Source: an uncultured Alphaproteobacteria bacterium
GTDB taxonomy: Bacteria > Pseudomonadota > Alphaproteobacteria > RF32 > CAG-239
Direction: 5' to 3'
NCBI GenBank assembly: GCA_944391615.1
Contig: CALXUE010000001.1
Location: 134,550 to 198,549, forward strand
DNA length: 64,000 nt
The position numbers and the translations under genes are program-made. The notes below the pieces were generated by a model. That model saw only the letters and a program-made list of their open reading frames with translations. It was not told the origin of the DNA and did not search any database. Within the stretch, counting starts at the first letter, position 1. Each line of letters starts with the position of its first letter. Shown here one piece after another: positions 49,063 to 58,797 of the stretch.

Positions 49063-49702
49063 ATATCTTTAACTTATCTTTAGCATGACACAAATCATAA
49101 ATCGGACAATTTCCACAATCCGGCCGCTGAGCTTTGCAAACATATCGCCCAAACAAAACCAGCCAATGATTTGCTTTTTTAATGTATTCTTCCGGCAAAA
49201 CTTTAACAAGGTCTTGCTCCACGGCTTCAGGCGTCTTACCATCACTCAATTCCAATCGATGAGCCAAACGCATAACATGCGTATCCACCGCCAAAGCAGG
49301 CTCATCAAACCATACATTTAAAACAACATTAGCTGTTTTACGCCCAACACCGGGAAGTTCCACCAATTTTTCACGGCTGTGCGGAACTTCTCCACCATAA
49401 CGTGCCACCAATTCTTGACTAAGCGCAATAATGTTTTTGGCTTTGTTATTAAACAATCCGATAGTACGAATATATTTTTTAAGATTTTCTTCTCCGAGTT
49501 CCAACATTTTTTGCGGCGTATCAGCAATTTTGAACAAATCTTCGGTTGCTTTATTAACTCCTTTGTCTGTTGTCTGCGCCGACAAAACCACCGCCACTAA
49601 CAGAGTATATGCGTTATGATAGTTTAATTCGCATTTTGGATTCGGATTAAGCTTTTCAAACACCGACATAATCTCTAAAATTTCTTTTTTATCGCGTATC
49701 AT
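49061..49702 (-). CDS. nth: Endonuclease III
   Basis: HhH-GPD fold; C-x6-C-x2-C-x5-C 4Fe-4S cluster at the C-terminus. Confidence 0.9.
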   Translation of the reverse strand: MIRDKKEILEIMSVFEKLNPNPKCELNYHNAYTLLVAVVLSAQTTDKGVNKATEDLFKIADTPQKMLELGEENLKKYIRTIGLFNNKAKNIIALSQELVARYGGEVPHSREKLVELPGVGRKTANVVLNVWFDEPALAVDTHVMRLAHRLELSDGKTPEAVEQDLVKVLPEEYIKKANHWLVLFGRYVCKAQRPDCGNCPIYDLCHAKDKLKI

Positions 49703-50775
49703 GCCTTAACACCTCCGGCACCAGCTGCTTTGGGAGCATTAGCATCCAAAGGCCAACGTGGACGCGGTTTAAAATCCAACGGATCGCTGTACCCTTTTTG
49801 AAAACGCTCCAACCCTGCCCAAGCAATCATCACCCCGTTATCGGTGCAAAAACGTATTGGCGGAGCCGCAAAATTAAGTTTAGCATGTTTAGCCAAACGT
49901 TCCAAAGATTCGCGCAAATAAGTGTTAGCGGCCACCCCGCCGGCTACCACCAAATCTTCTCCGTCAGGATAGTTTTCTTTGAAGTATTTGATTGCCTTTT
50001 CAAGCTTGCAGACAAGACATTCGGTAGCGGTTTTTTGAAAACAAGCACAAATATCAGCCGTATCTTGCGGTAACAAAATAGCATGTTCAACCTTTCCGTC
50101 AGGAGAATAAGATTCGATAATTTTGCGTACGGCGGTTTTCAACCCCGAGAAAGACAAGTTCAAATCACCTGAATATTGCAACGGGTGTGGCAAAGAAAAT
50201 CGATTCTCATTTCCCTGTGCAGCCAATTTTTCAATCATCGGCCCTCCGGGGTAACCAAGCCCGAGCATTTTAGCCACCTTGTCAAAAGCCTCACCGGCGG
50301 CATCATCAATGGTTGTTCCGAGGCGTTCGAAATCATCCACCCCTTTAACAACCAGAATTTGGCAATGACCGCCGGAAACTAGAAGTAACAAATATGGATA
50401 TTCCACACCGGCTGTTAGGCGCGCGGTCAACGCATGCCCTTCCAAGTGATTAACGGCAACAAACGGCTTATTAAAAGCCAAAGCCAAAGCCTTTGCGGCC
50501 ATCACGCCAACCACAACCCCGCCGATAAGCCCCGGACCGGCCGCCGCGGCAAAAGCATCAATATCTTCCAACGAAATTTGAGCTTTTTTAAGCGTAAGTT
50601 CAATAATTTCATCAATATGTTCAAGGTGCGCACGTGCGGCAATTTCCGGCACCACGCCACCAAATTTTTTGTGTTCTTCCTGAGAGAGAACGGTTTCAGC
50701 CAAAATCTCTCTTTTGTCATTTACGATAGCGGCAGCGGTTTCATCACAGCTGCTTTCAATTCCCAAAACAATCAT
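49699..50775 (-). CDS. tsaD: tRNA N6-adenosine threonylcarbamoyltransferase
   Basis: MIVLGIESSCDETAAAI N-terminus; 358 aa. Confidence 0.9.
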   Translation of the reverse strand: MIVLGIESSCDETAAAIVNDKREILAETVLSQEEHKKFGGVVPEIAARAHLEHIDEIIELTLKKAQISLEDIDAFAAAAGPGLIGGVVVGVMAAKALALAFNKPFVAVNHLEGHALTARLTAGVEYPYLLLLVSGGHCQILVVKGVDDFERLGTTIDDAAGEAFDKVAKMLGLGYPGGPMIEKLAAQGNENRFSLPHPLQYSGDLNLSFSGLKTAVRKIIESYSPDGKVEHAILLPQDTADICACFQKTATECLVCKLEKAIKYFKENYPDGEDLVVAGGVAANTYLRESLERLAKHAKLNFAAPPIRFCTDNGVMIAWAGLERFQKGYSDPLDFKPRPRWPLDANAPKAAGAGGVKA

Positions 50776-50847
50776 AGGTATATTCCAAAATATCTTATTG
50801 CAGTTTTAATTTAATCTTTTAAGATTATATACACTATAAAAACAAAT

Positions 50848-51972
50848 ATGCCAAGCATTTATAAGAGGGAATTTCCAATGAGCAAAAACAAATCTTCTCA
50901 GGCAGAAGAAAAAAAAGAGGAAGAAAAAACATCTACCAACGCAGCAAAATCAAAAACAAATAACCTGCACTACTCTAAAATTGTTGTACGGATATTTATG
51001 TGGTTAATATTTTTGGCCATATTACTGGGCTTATGGCTCAATCCTGAAGTAATAGAAAGCGGCCTAAACAGCTTTCAACAACAATCTCAACAGCCACAAA
51101 CACAACAACAAAGCACTATCAACGAGTCCACCCCTGACCAGTTATCTCAACAGATAGATAGCATAAAAACAGAAATACAAATTATCAAACAAAACGCACT
51201 CAACCAAAATACCGGCGAGGTTAATAAAGAAGACCTCAAAAACCTAAACGCACGCATAAATAATTTTGAAACACAAAACATAGCTTTGATAGAAAAAAAA
51301 GCCGACAAAGACAGCTTACTAGGCTTAATAAACCGCTTAGATAAAATCGAGCAACGTCTGGATAATATGGCAAAAATCTCTGACCAAGGCGCATTAATAT
51401 TATCAACCACCATGATGATAAAAGATTCGGCCTCCAGAGGAAACAGCTATGAATATGAAGCCGAAATGTTGTCGCAACTGGCGCAAAAAGAACCCCAAAT
51501 TTCAGATTCAGTCAGAACATTAGCCAATATGTCGCAACTCAAAATATCATCTTCAACAGAACTTCAAAAATCATTCAAAAAAATTTATGAAGAGGTAGAA
51601 AAAGCTGAACAAGCACGCCAAACCGAAAATAAAAATTGGAAAGAGCGCTTGAATATGAAAATCAAAGAATACATTCAAGTCAAACGCTTAAAGGAACAAG
51701 ATTCAACCCCTCAACCCATTTCTCCGGAAGAAATCCAAAAAAATATGTTGCAACAAGCACAAGAAGAAGTATCAACCAAACACTTTGACAAAGCCATCCA
51801 CACCCTAAACAATATGCCTGAGCTTTTGCAAAGATATACAGCACTTCAAAATTGGATAGGTCAAGCACAAAAAAACGTTGTGTTTAACCAAGCCATCAAT
51901 CAAATTTCAACATATTCATTGGCGTTAATGAAATTAAACTATGTTCATCCCCAAACGGCTGAACAGCAATAA
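50848..51972 (+). CDS. Membrane-anchored coiled-coil protein, possibly the alphaproteobacterial Mic60/HemX-like protein (COG4223)
   Basis: Basic N-terminus, one TM helix (IVVRIFMWLIFLAILLGLWL), Q-rich linker, long coiled coil. Lies divergent from tsaD, where, as I recall, Rhizobiales carry hemC-hemD and the COG4223 protein. Confidence 0.4.
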   Translation: MPSIYKREFPMSKNKSSQAEEKKEEEKTSTNAAKSKTNNLHYSKIVVRIFMWLIFLAILLGLWLNPEVIESGLNSFQQQSQQPQTQQQSTINESTPDQLSQQIDSIKTEIQIIKQNALNQNTGEVNKEDLKNLNARINNFETQNIALIEKKADKDSLLGLINRLDKIEQRLDNMAKISDQGALILSTTMMIKDSASRGNSYEYEAEMLSQLAQKEPQISDSVRTLANMSQLKISSSTELQKSFKKIYEEVEKAEQARQTENKNWKERLNMKIKEYIQVKRLKEQDSTPQPISPEEIQKNMLQQAQEEVSTKHFDKAIHTLNNMPELLQRYTALQNWIGQAQKNVVFNQAINQISTYSLALMKLNYVHPQTAEQQ

Positions 51973-52012
51973 TAAAGAAAAAAGAAAAAAGAAAAAAGAA
52001 AAGGTAAAGAAA

Positions 52013-53410
52013 ATGGAAAATAAACAACTAAAAACATCATGGCTCAAAAAATATGCCACAGTACCCCAATCACTTGAAAGAATGAAAGAAGTCAAATCTG
52101 TTGCCACCGCCTTCAACACCAATGTAGACGCCGTCTTAAAAATCAGCGGAAAAAAAATAGCTGAACTGGCACAAAAATTGGGCTTAGGCTTAAAAGAACT
52201 TGAAGATATCAAACATACCAAACTCGAAACACCACAAGATGTCCTAAAAGGCTTGTTCAAATGTTTCAAAAGCGGTATAGCCGAAGAATGGTTAACAGAA
52301 GACAAAACCGTCTATGACTGGATGGTCTCCAACTTAGGCTATGACAGATTACAAATGGGCGGCCAAGGAGGCATTGTAGCCAATGCTTTGGCAGTAACCG
52401 GAGCCCAAAAAGTTTATGCACATACCAATTCTCTGCCCAAGCTGCAGGCCCAACAATTTTTAGAGCTTGAAAATCTTATGTCTTTTGATGAAAACGGAGC
52501 AGAAAAACCGGCATACAAAATCAATCGAGAAGAAGATACAGCTCTTATCCACTGGATTCTGGAGTTTGATAAAGGCGATTCTGTAAATATTAACGGACAA
52601 ACATTCACCTGCCCAAAATCCAACCGTTTTATAGCCACTTATGACCCCTTAAATCTGCATCTGGTTATGGATAAACATTTTGTAAAACAAATTTCTAATC
52701 AAAAGATAGATTACATTGTCTTATCAGGCTACCACGCCTTAACCGAAAACAATTCCGGCACAAAATTAGTGGCAGAAAGCCTCCCGATAATCAAACAATG
52801 GAAAGCAAACGGAGATTTAATTCATTTAGAGATAGCCTCCACCCAAGACATTGCCGTAAGAAAAGCAATCATAAACAAAATCGCACCGGAGGTTGATTCT
52901 GTTGGTGTTAATGAAAGAGAAGCAATTGATATTTTGGAAATAACCGACCAAGAAGAGTTAGCAAAAAAATGCAATGAAGATACCCACAGTATCAATATGT
53001 TTGATGCCTTGCTTAAAATAAAGAAAACACTAAAAACCCCGCGCATACAGTTGCACATGTTTGGCTTGTATATAACCATACAGGATAAAAAATACAAAAT
53101 CACACCTGAGGCCAACTTGCGCGGTATGATGCTAGCGGCAACGGTTGCTGCCGGAAAAGCAGGCACCGGAAGCATTAATGATGCCAAAAACCTGCTTTGG
53201 GCACAAGGCAAAGAAGTTTCCGATGTTGGACTAAAAGAGCTAAAAGATTTGGCAGAACACATCAACCAACCACAAATGCTTGAAACAGGTATCGGCGAAA
53301 TTGATGGATTCGATGTCATAGCTTTGCCGACAATATTGGTAGAAAAACCGGTCACCTTAGTTGGTATGGGAGATACGATATCATCAATTTCGTTAATAGG
53401 TGCCAGATAA
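52013..53410 (+). CDS. ADP-dependent sugar kinase (ADP-glucokinase/phosphofructokinase family PF04587, ribokinase superfamily)
   Basis: N-terminal AFNTNVDAV (the family NxNxD motif), GGQGGIVANALA, NEREA, and C-terminal GMGDTISS (GxGDxxS). About 466 aa from MENKQL; the ORF-track start is 51941. Native-like GC of about 37%. Confidence 0.6.
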   Translation: MENKQLKTSWLKKYATVPQSLERMKEVKSVATAFNTNVDAVLKISGKKIAELAQKLGLGLKELEDIKHTKLETPQDVLKGLFKCFKSGIAEEWLTEDKTVYDWMVSNLGYDRLQMGGQGGIVANALAVTGAQKVYAHTNSLPKLQAQQFLELENLMSFDENGAEKPAYKINREEDTALIHWILEFDKGDSVNINGQTFTCPKSNRFIATYDPLNLHLVMDKHFVKQISNQKIDYIVLSGYHALTENNSGTKLVAESLPIIKQWKANGDLIHLEIASTQDIAVRKAIINKIAPEVDSVGVNEREAIDILEITDQEELAKKCNEDTHSINMFDALLKIKKTLKTPRIQLHMFGLYITIQDKKYKITPEANLRGMMLAATVAAGKAGTGSINDAKNLLWAQGKEVSDVGLKELKDLAEHINQPQMLETGIGEIDGFDVIALPTILVEKPVTLVGMGDTISSISLIGAR

Positions 53411-53425
53411 ACAAAAAAACAAGAA

Positions 53426-53458
53426 AAAAGCCGCTTAATATAAAGCGGCTTTAATTTT
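53426..53458. terminator. Bidirectional intrinsic terminator between convergent genes
   Basis: Perfect 9-10 bp stem aaagccgctt / aagcggcttt with loop aatat. Confidence 0.7.
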
Positions 53459-53469
53459 CTTAAAATCAA

Positions 53470-54003
53470 TCACTTAACAAAAGCATCAATGGCATCCACA
53501 ACACGACTAACCGTATTGTCAACAGCCTCTTCTTTGGTTTCAACCACAATATCCGCTTCAGAATAAAATGGATATTCTTCCTTAATATATTCCTCAAGTT
53601 TATTTTTAAGATGAGCATCATCACCTTCCAAAAAAGGCCTATGTTTACGTCCGGCCGTACGCGCGTAAAGCACATCAATATCAGCCTTGAGCCAAATAGT
53701 AATGGCATGCTCTTTTGCAAGCTTACGTGTTTGTTCAGCCACAAAAGACCCACCGCCTGAAGCCAAAACGCAAGGGCTACCTTGAAGCAGTCTTTTCATC
53801 ACGCGAGCCTCGCCGGCGCGGTATTCCTCCTGCCCAAAACACTTCAACACATCAACCAAAGACAATCCGGCAGCTTTTTCAATTTCTTGATCACCATCAA
53901 CAAACGGCAAATTCAGCTTTTTAGCCAATCGCTTGCCGACACTGGTTTTGCCACTTCCCATCAAACCGACAAGTAAAATTATTTTATTAATATTTTTTAA
54001 CAT
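53470..54003 (-). CDS. aroK: Shikimate kinase
   Basis: P-loop GLMGSGKTSVG; 177 aa. Confidence 0.85.
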   Translation of the reverse strand: MLKNINKIILLVGLMGSGKTSVGKRLAKKLNLPFVDGDQEIEKAAGLSLVDVLKCFGQEEYRAGEARVMKRLLQGSPCVLASGGGSFVAEQTRKLAKEHAITIWLKADIDVLYARTAGRKHRPFLEGDDAHLKNKLEEYIKEEYPFYSEADIVVETKEEAVDNTVSRVVDAIDAFVK

Positions 54004-54114
54004 TGCTTATTCAAAAAATTTAACTGTTCATTCAAAAAAAATATGATAATAATAATACATAGTTTATATAACAAATTTTCGCAATAGGCTTTTTTTTATA
54101 AAGGTAAAAAAATA

Positions 54115-54261
54115 ATGAGAAAAGAAAAATCCAATTCCATGATAATCATGACCATAATCGCCGTGATAGTTGTTTTCATTGGCTATCTTGCTATTCACGA
54201 TGCTCCTTTAAACCACGAACACGTAGAAACCAGATTAGATAACACATTTTTAGATAAATAA
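54115..54261 (+). CDS. Candidate 48-aa single-TM small protein (MRKEKSNSMIIMTIIAVIVVFIGYLAIHDAPLNHEHVETRLDNTFLDK)
   Basis: Not in the ORF track (it is under 60 aa). Its stop overlaps the xerD ATG (taATG); there is a hydrophobic core. Confidence 0.25.
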   Translation: MRKEKSNSMIIMTIIAVIVVFIGYLAIHDAPLNHEHVETRLDNTFLDK

Positions 54262-55166
54262 TGAGTTCGGCATATCTGATTTCAGAGTTTTTAGAAATGA
54301 TGTCAGCCGAAAAAGGCGCATCAGAAAACACCATTGAGGCTTATCGACGGGATTTAGAACAATTTTGGGAACAGAGCATAAAACCAAACATAAAATCCAT
54401 CACCAAAGAAGATGTCAAAGACTACATCCATTATCTTGGTGAACAAGGTTATGCCACCAAAACACTCAATCGCAAACTATCCACACTGAGAGAATATTTT
54501 CGCTTTTTATACAGTGAAAAAGAAATAGATAAACTACCAACAAGTAACATAAAAGGCCCCAAACCGGAACGCCCGCTTCCTAAATGCCTGAGTGTGGAAG
54601 AAATAAACAAATTGATAGAAACCGCTGAAAAAAAGCCTGATATGAAATGGCAAAGAATGTCGGTTATGCTAAAATTAATGTACGCTTGCGGGTTACGCGT
54701 ATCCGAATTGGTCAGTTTACCTGAAAACTGTATAAATTATGATAAAAAGCAAATTTTTGTAAAAGGCAAAGGCAGCAAGGAACGAATTATACCGATAGCC
54801 GATTCGGCCATAGATTCGGTTTTGCAATATGTAGAGATTCGGGCGGCCTTTATAAAAGGACAAAACAAAAACTCACCATGGCTTTTCCCCTCTTTTTCAC
54901 AAGAGGGACATTTTACCCGCAACGGCTTTTACGAAAACATCAAAGAACTTGCGGTTTTGAGTGGTATTTCCCCATCAAAAGTCACACCTCACGTTTTAAG
55001 ACACTCCTTTGCCACGCATTTACTAAACAAAGATGTTGATTTAAGAGCCGTGCAAAAAATGCTTGGCCACGCAAGTATAGCCACCACAGAAATATATACC
55101 CACGTTGCCAATGAAAGGTTAGTTGAAATCGTCAAAAGCAAACACCCCTTGCATAATTCACAATAA
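54261..55166 (+). CDS. xerD: Tyrosine site-specific recombinase XerD
   Basis: RHSFATHLL box and a C-terminal Tyr in IYTHV. Confidence 0.85.
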   Translation: MSSAYLISEFLEMMSAEKGASENTIEAYRRDLEQFWEQSIKPNIKSITKEDVKDYIHYLGEQGYATKTLNRKLSTLREYFRFLYSEKEIDKLPTSNIKGPKPERPLPKCLSVEEINKLIETAEKKPDMKWQRMSVMLKLMYACGLRVSELVSLPENCINYDKKQIFVKGKGSKERIIPIADSAIDSVLQYVEIRAAFIKGQNKNSPWLFPSFSQEGHFTRNGFYENIKELAVLSGISPSKVTPHVLRHSFATHLLNKDVDLRAVQKMLGHASIATTEIYTHVANERLVEIVKSKHPLHNSQ

Positions 55167-55192
55167 AAAAGCCGCTAAAAAGCGGCTAACAA
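55165..55192 (-). terminator. Intrinsic terminator after secB
   Basis: agccgct-aaaa-agcggct with T6 on the minus strand. Confidence 0.55.
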
Positions 55193-55210
55193 ACAAATTG
55201 ATAAAAAGAC

Positions 55211-55717
55211 CTAAGCCTGCTGAGTTTGATTATCTTGCTGTGCTTGATTGGCGGCTGCTTGGCGATTTTGATACATAGCCACAAAATCAATCGGATTAAG
55301 CATCAACGGAGGCAATCCGCCTTCAGTCAAACAATGAGTCACAATGCTGCGAGCAAACGGAAACATCATACGCGGCACTTCAATTAACAACACCGGCTCC
55401 ACGTGCTCTTTCGGAATATTCAAAGACACAATAGCATCGTATTCTAATTCCAAAATAAAAAATTTTTCATGATTAACATCGCCGTCAATTCTCAAGTTCA
55501 AAGCCACATTAAAAAAATTATCATGCATATGATTAGCATTAACATCAACATTCACATGGACATCTGGAGCCTGCGTAAGCTTACGAAAAATTTCGGGAGC
55601 ATGAGGAATTTCCAAAGACAAATCTTTAATATATTGCGTATTAATAACAATCGGCGGCGTCTGATTTTGATTATTCTGAGCCGGATTATCATTCGCGGTA
55701 TTAGTATTTTCAGCCAT
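55211..55717 (-). CDS. secB: Protein-export chaperone SecB
   Basis: Start at MAENTNT with RBS aaggag; PIVINTQYIKDLSLEIPHAPEIF. Confidence 0.85.
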   Translation of the reverse strand: MAENTNTANDNPAQNNQNQTPPIVINTQYIKDLSLEIPHAPEIFRKLTQAPDVHVNVDVNANHMHDNFFNVALNLRIDGDVNHEKFFILELEYDAIVSLNIPKEHVEPVLLIEVPRMMFPFARSIVTHCLTEGGLPPLMLNPIDFVAMYQNRQAAANQAQQDNQTQQA

Positions 55718-55852
55718 AAAATTTCTCCTTAAAAACAATTTTAAACAAACATATACCAAATAAGTCAGAAGGTCAAACAATTATAGTTGATAATCAAAGT
55801 AAAAAACTCTATATAATATAACAGATAAAAACAAAATAAACAGGGAACCAAA

Positions 55853-56533
55853 ATGTCACAATACTTAGATATCATCATACTTTTAGTCGTCGTGGTTTTA
55901 ATTTTCCAAAAACTAAAAACCTTGCTAGGCACACGCCCCGACATGGAAGAAAGAAACATAGCTGAAACAAAAGCTACCAAATTGATAGATATAATAAATA
56001 AAGAATTGGAACAAACAGAAGAAAAACTTTCAGAAATAAAGAAAGAAGAAACGAAAAACCAACAAACAACCACAGAAGAAAAAACAGAATTGAGTGAAAC
56101 CGACAAAGCTTTGTCATTAATACCTAACTTCAACAAAGAAAACTTCATCAATAGTGCAAAAAAAGCCTTTGAACTGATAGTAACATCATTCAGCAAAGGT
56201 GATGTAAAAACGCTTGAAATGCTGGTTAACTTAAAACTTTTCAAAAAATTTCAAGAAGTCATTAATCAACGCCAAAACGATGGTATAACATCTGAAACAG
56301 ATTTTATCGGCTTTGATTCAGCAGAAATTACACATGCTGAAATCACCAAAAATGATATTGCCAAAATCACGGTTAAGTTTATCAGCGAACAAGTTAACCT
56401 GCTCAGAAACAAAGAAGGTGAAGTAATTGAAGGTGATGAACAATACATTCAAAACATCACCGATGTCTGGACATTTGAAAGAGCCCTCACCTCCACCAGC
56501 CCGAACTGGCTTTTAGCCTCAACCAAAAAGTAG
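55853..56533 (+). CDS. Tim44-like domain membrane protein
   Basis: N-terminal TM helix; neighbourhood divergent from secB and upstream of mltA. Confidence 0.55.
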   Translation: MSQYLDIIILLVVVVLIFQKLKTLLGTRPDMEERNIAETKATKLIDIINKELEQTEEKLSEIKKEETKNQQTTTEEKTELSETDKALSLIPNFNKENFINSAKKAFELIVTSFSKGDVKTLEMLVNLKLFKKFQEVINQRQNDGITSETDFIGFDSAEITHAEITKNDIAKITVKFISEQVNLLRNKEGEVIEGDEQYIQNITDVWTFERALTSTSPNWLLASTKK

Positions 56534-56541
56534 AAAAATTC

Positions 56542-57756
56542 ATGAAAAAAACAAGCCTAACCTTATTAATCTTGAGCCTGTTTTTAATCAACTCTTGTGA
56601 TTCGCAAAAACCGGCAGAAGAAACCAAAGAACAACCTGTTGAAACCAAAATTTCAGAAAAAACAACACCATCAACTTCTGCCCAAATAAAGCTTATTTCC
56701 AAGAGCTTTTCTGACTTAAAAAATTGGCCGCAAGATAATCCTCAAGCTCTCATAAAAGCATTTAAGGATTCTTGCGAAAAAATAGCCCTTGAAAAAGACG
56801 AATTTTTATCCAACGCCGCAGCCAAAATTCCAACCAAAATTTATCAAGAAGTCTGCAACAAATACCAAAAATCAAACATAAAAACCGCGCAAGAATTCAA
56901 ACAATTTGTTGAACAAAATTTTACGCCATACCTTGTAACAAATAATGATAATGAAGAAGGAAAATTCACTTCATATTACGAAACATCTATTCATGCCTCA
57001 TACCACAAAAGCGACAAATACAAATACCCAATATATGGAAAACCCTATGATTTAATAGAATTTAATGCCCATGACTTTGACAAATCGGCACCGGATAAAA
57101 GATACACGGGCCGCATAGTCAATCAAAAATTAGTTCCCTATTATACAAGAGAAGAAATATCAAAAAAACCAATAAATGCGCCGATTCTTTTGTGGGGAGA
57201 CAGCTTAGTGGATATAAACATTATGCAAATCCAAGGTTCTGCTGTTGCAACTTTGGATAACGGAGAAAAAGTCCGTGTAGGCTATGCAGATAACAACAGC
57301 CACCCGTTTAAGGGGATAGGTTCCATATTATTGTCCAAAGGCTTAGTCAAACCGGGAGAAGCCTCAATGTTGCACATCAAAAAATGGCTCAAAAAACATC
57401 CCGAGCAAGCTGAAGAATTATACAACGAAAACAAACGTTTTATTTTTCACCGTTTTGTAAAAGCAGAAGGCCCTATTGGCGGACAAGGCGTGCCACTACA
57501 CGCCGGTAGAAGTTTGGCTGTTGACAAAAGCTATATTCCTTTAGGAAGCTTACTTTGGCTTGAAACCAAAGGACCTAATAATAAACAGCTGGAAAAATTA
57601 GTTATTGCTCAAGACATCGGAAGTGCTATAAAAGGAATAGTCAGAGGAGATTATTTTTGGGGCAGTGGCGCGGATGAAGTTTTGGAACACGCCGGTAAAA
57701 TGAACCAAAAAGGAAGATATTTCATTATGCTTCCCAACAAAATGATTGAAGAATAA
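56542..57756 (+). CDS. mltA: Membrane-bound lytic murein transglycosylase A (lipoprotein)
   Basis: Lipobox LINSC; MltA/3D domain architecture. Confidence 0.8.
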   Translation: MKKTSLTLLILSLFLINSCDSQKPAEETKEQPVETKISEKTTPSTSAQIKLISKSFSDLKNWPQDNPQALIKAFKDSCEKIALEKDEFLSNAAAKIPTKIYQEVCNKYQKSNIKTAQEFKQFVEQNFTPYLVTNNDNEEGKFTSYYETSIHASYHKSDKYKYPIYGKPYDLIEFNAHDFDKSAPDKRYTGRIVNQKLVPYYTREEISKKPINAPILLWGDSLVDINIMQIQGSAVATLDNGEKVRVGYADNNSHPFKGIGSILLSKGLVKPGEASMLHIKKWLKKHPEQAEELYNENKRFIFHRFVKAEGPIGGQGVPLHAGRSLAVDKSYIPLGSLLWLETKGPNNKQLEKLVIAQDIGSAIKGIVRGDYFWGSGADEVLEHAGKMNQKGRYFIMLPNKMIEE

Positions 57757-57758
57757 CA

Positions 57759-58277
57759 ATGATATATAATATAAAAACACCAAACAAAGCCGAAAAACTG
57801 ATATTTAACGCTTTCAAAAAAGCCCTATCGGAAGACAAGCTGCGTTTATATATTGATTATTCAAAGCTCAATCGCCCTGGATCACCGGTCTATGACCCAT
57901 GGGAAAATCTTTTACCGATTCTCACCCCAACCATCATAGGCTTATTGCTCATAATTTCATCAAATGTCATCATAGGATTGTCTTTTATCGTCATAATGTT
58001 GATGATATACAGCAGTTATTTGAAAAAATATTTTTCCCATCGGTTAATAGAGCGCACTAAAAATTATATTATTTATGACTACGAAAATTGCGAAAAACTA
58101 TGGCAATTCGGTGGTATTGTTTTTGTAAACGCCGACAACAAAAACAGAGGCTGTGTTTCACCGGAAGGTGATTGGAAAGAGTTTGTAGTTAGAAACTTTG
58201 CCTATTTAATGACCGATAACAACAACGAAAAGAACAAAGATGAAGAACCTCAAGCCGATAAAAGCGCAACCGCCTAA
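57759..58277 (+). CDS. Hypothetical membrane protein (172 aa)
   Basis: Two adjacent hydrophobic helices. The ORF overlaps the smr start by 38 nt. Confidence 0.35.
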   Translation: MIYNIKTPNKAEKLIFNAFKKALSEDKLRLYIDYSKLNRPGSPVYDPWENLLPILTPTIIGLLLIISSNVIIGLSFIVIMLMIYSSYLKKYFSHRLIERTKNYIIYDYENCEKLWQFGGIVFVNADNKNRGCVSPEGDWKEFVVRNFAYLMTDNNNEKNKDEEPQADKSATA

Positions 58278-58794
58278 ATTTGATGAGAAAGCTTGGGAAG
58301 AAGCCACGCAAGGTGTCAAAAAAATAAAAACACCGAATAAAAACCAAGATTCCGAACCATTGATTATCGAGATAAAAGATTCGCAAAAAACATTAACGGC
58401 AAGCGGAATGCTATCCCTTCCCGATTTAGAAATAGATTCGACAATCGGCATAGATAATCAAACCGCAAAAAAATTCAAACGAGAAGAATTTAAGGTTGAA
58501 GCAGTATTAGACTTACATGGTCAAACTGAAAAAAACGCTTATGATAAAGTATATAATTTTATTAATTCAGCTTACGCAAGCGGTAAAAGATGTGTAATTA
58601 TCATAACCGGAAAAGGCCTAAACGACCACGGCGATGAAGATATTTTTGCCAGCCGCGGTGTTCTGAAAAACAGTGTTCCGAACTGGTTATCATCAGCAGA
58701 AATACGCCCGATGATAATGGCTTATAAACACCCATCAGAGAGCAAAGGCGGTTCCGGAGCTTTATATATTTTACTAAGACGCAAAAGAGCCTAA
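58240..58794 (+). CDS. Smr-domain protein
   Basis: LDLHGQT...IIITGKG Smr motif. Confidence 0.75.
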   Translation: MKNLKPIKAQPPKFDEKAWEEATQGVKKIKTPNKNQDSEPLIIEIKDSQKTLTASGMLSLPDLEIDSTIGIDNQTAKKFKREEFKVEAVLDLHGQTEKNAYDKVYNFINSAYASGKRCVIIITGKGLNDHGDEDIFASRGVLKNSVPNWLSSAEIRPMIMAYKHPSESKGGSGALYILLRRKRA

Positions 58795-58797
58795 CAA

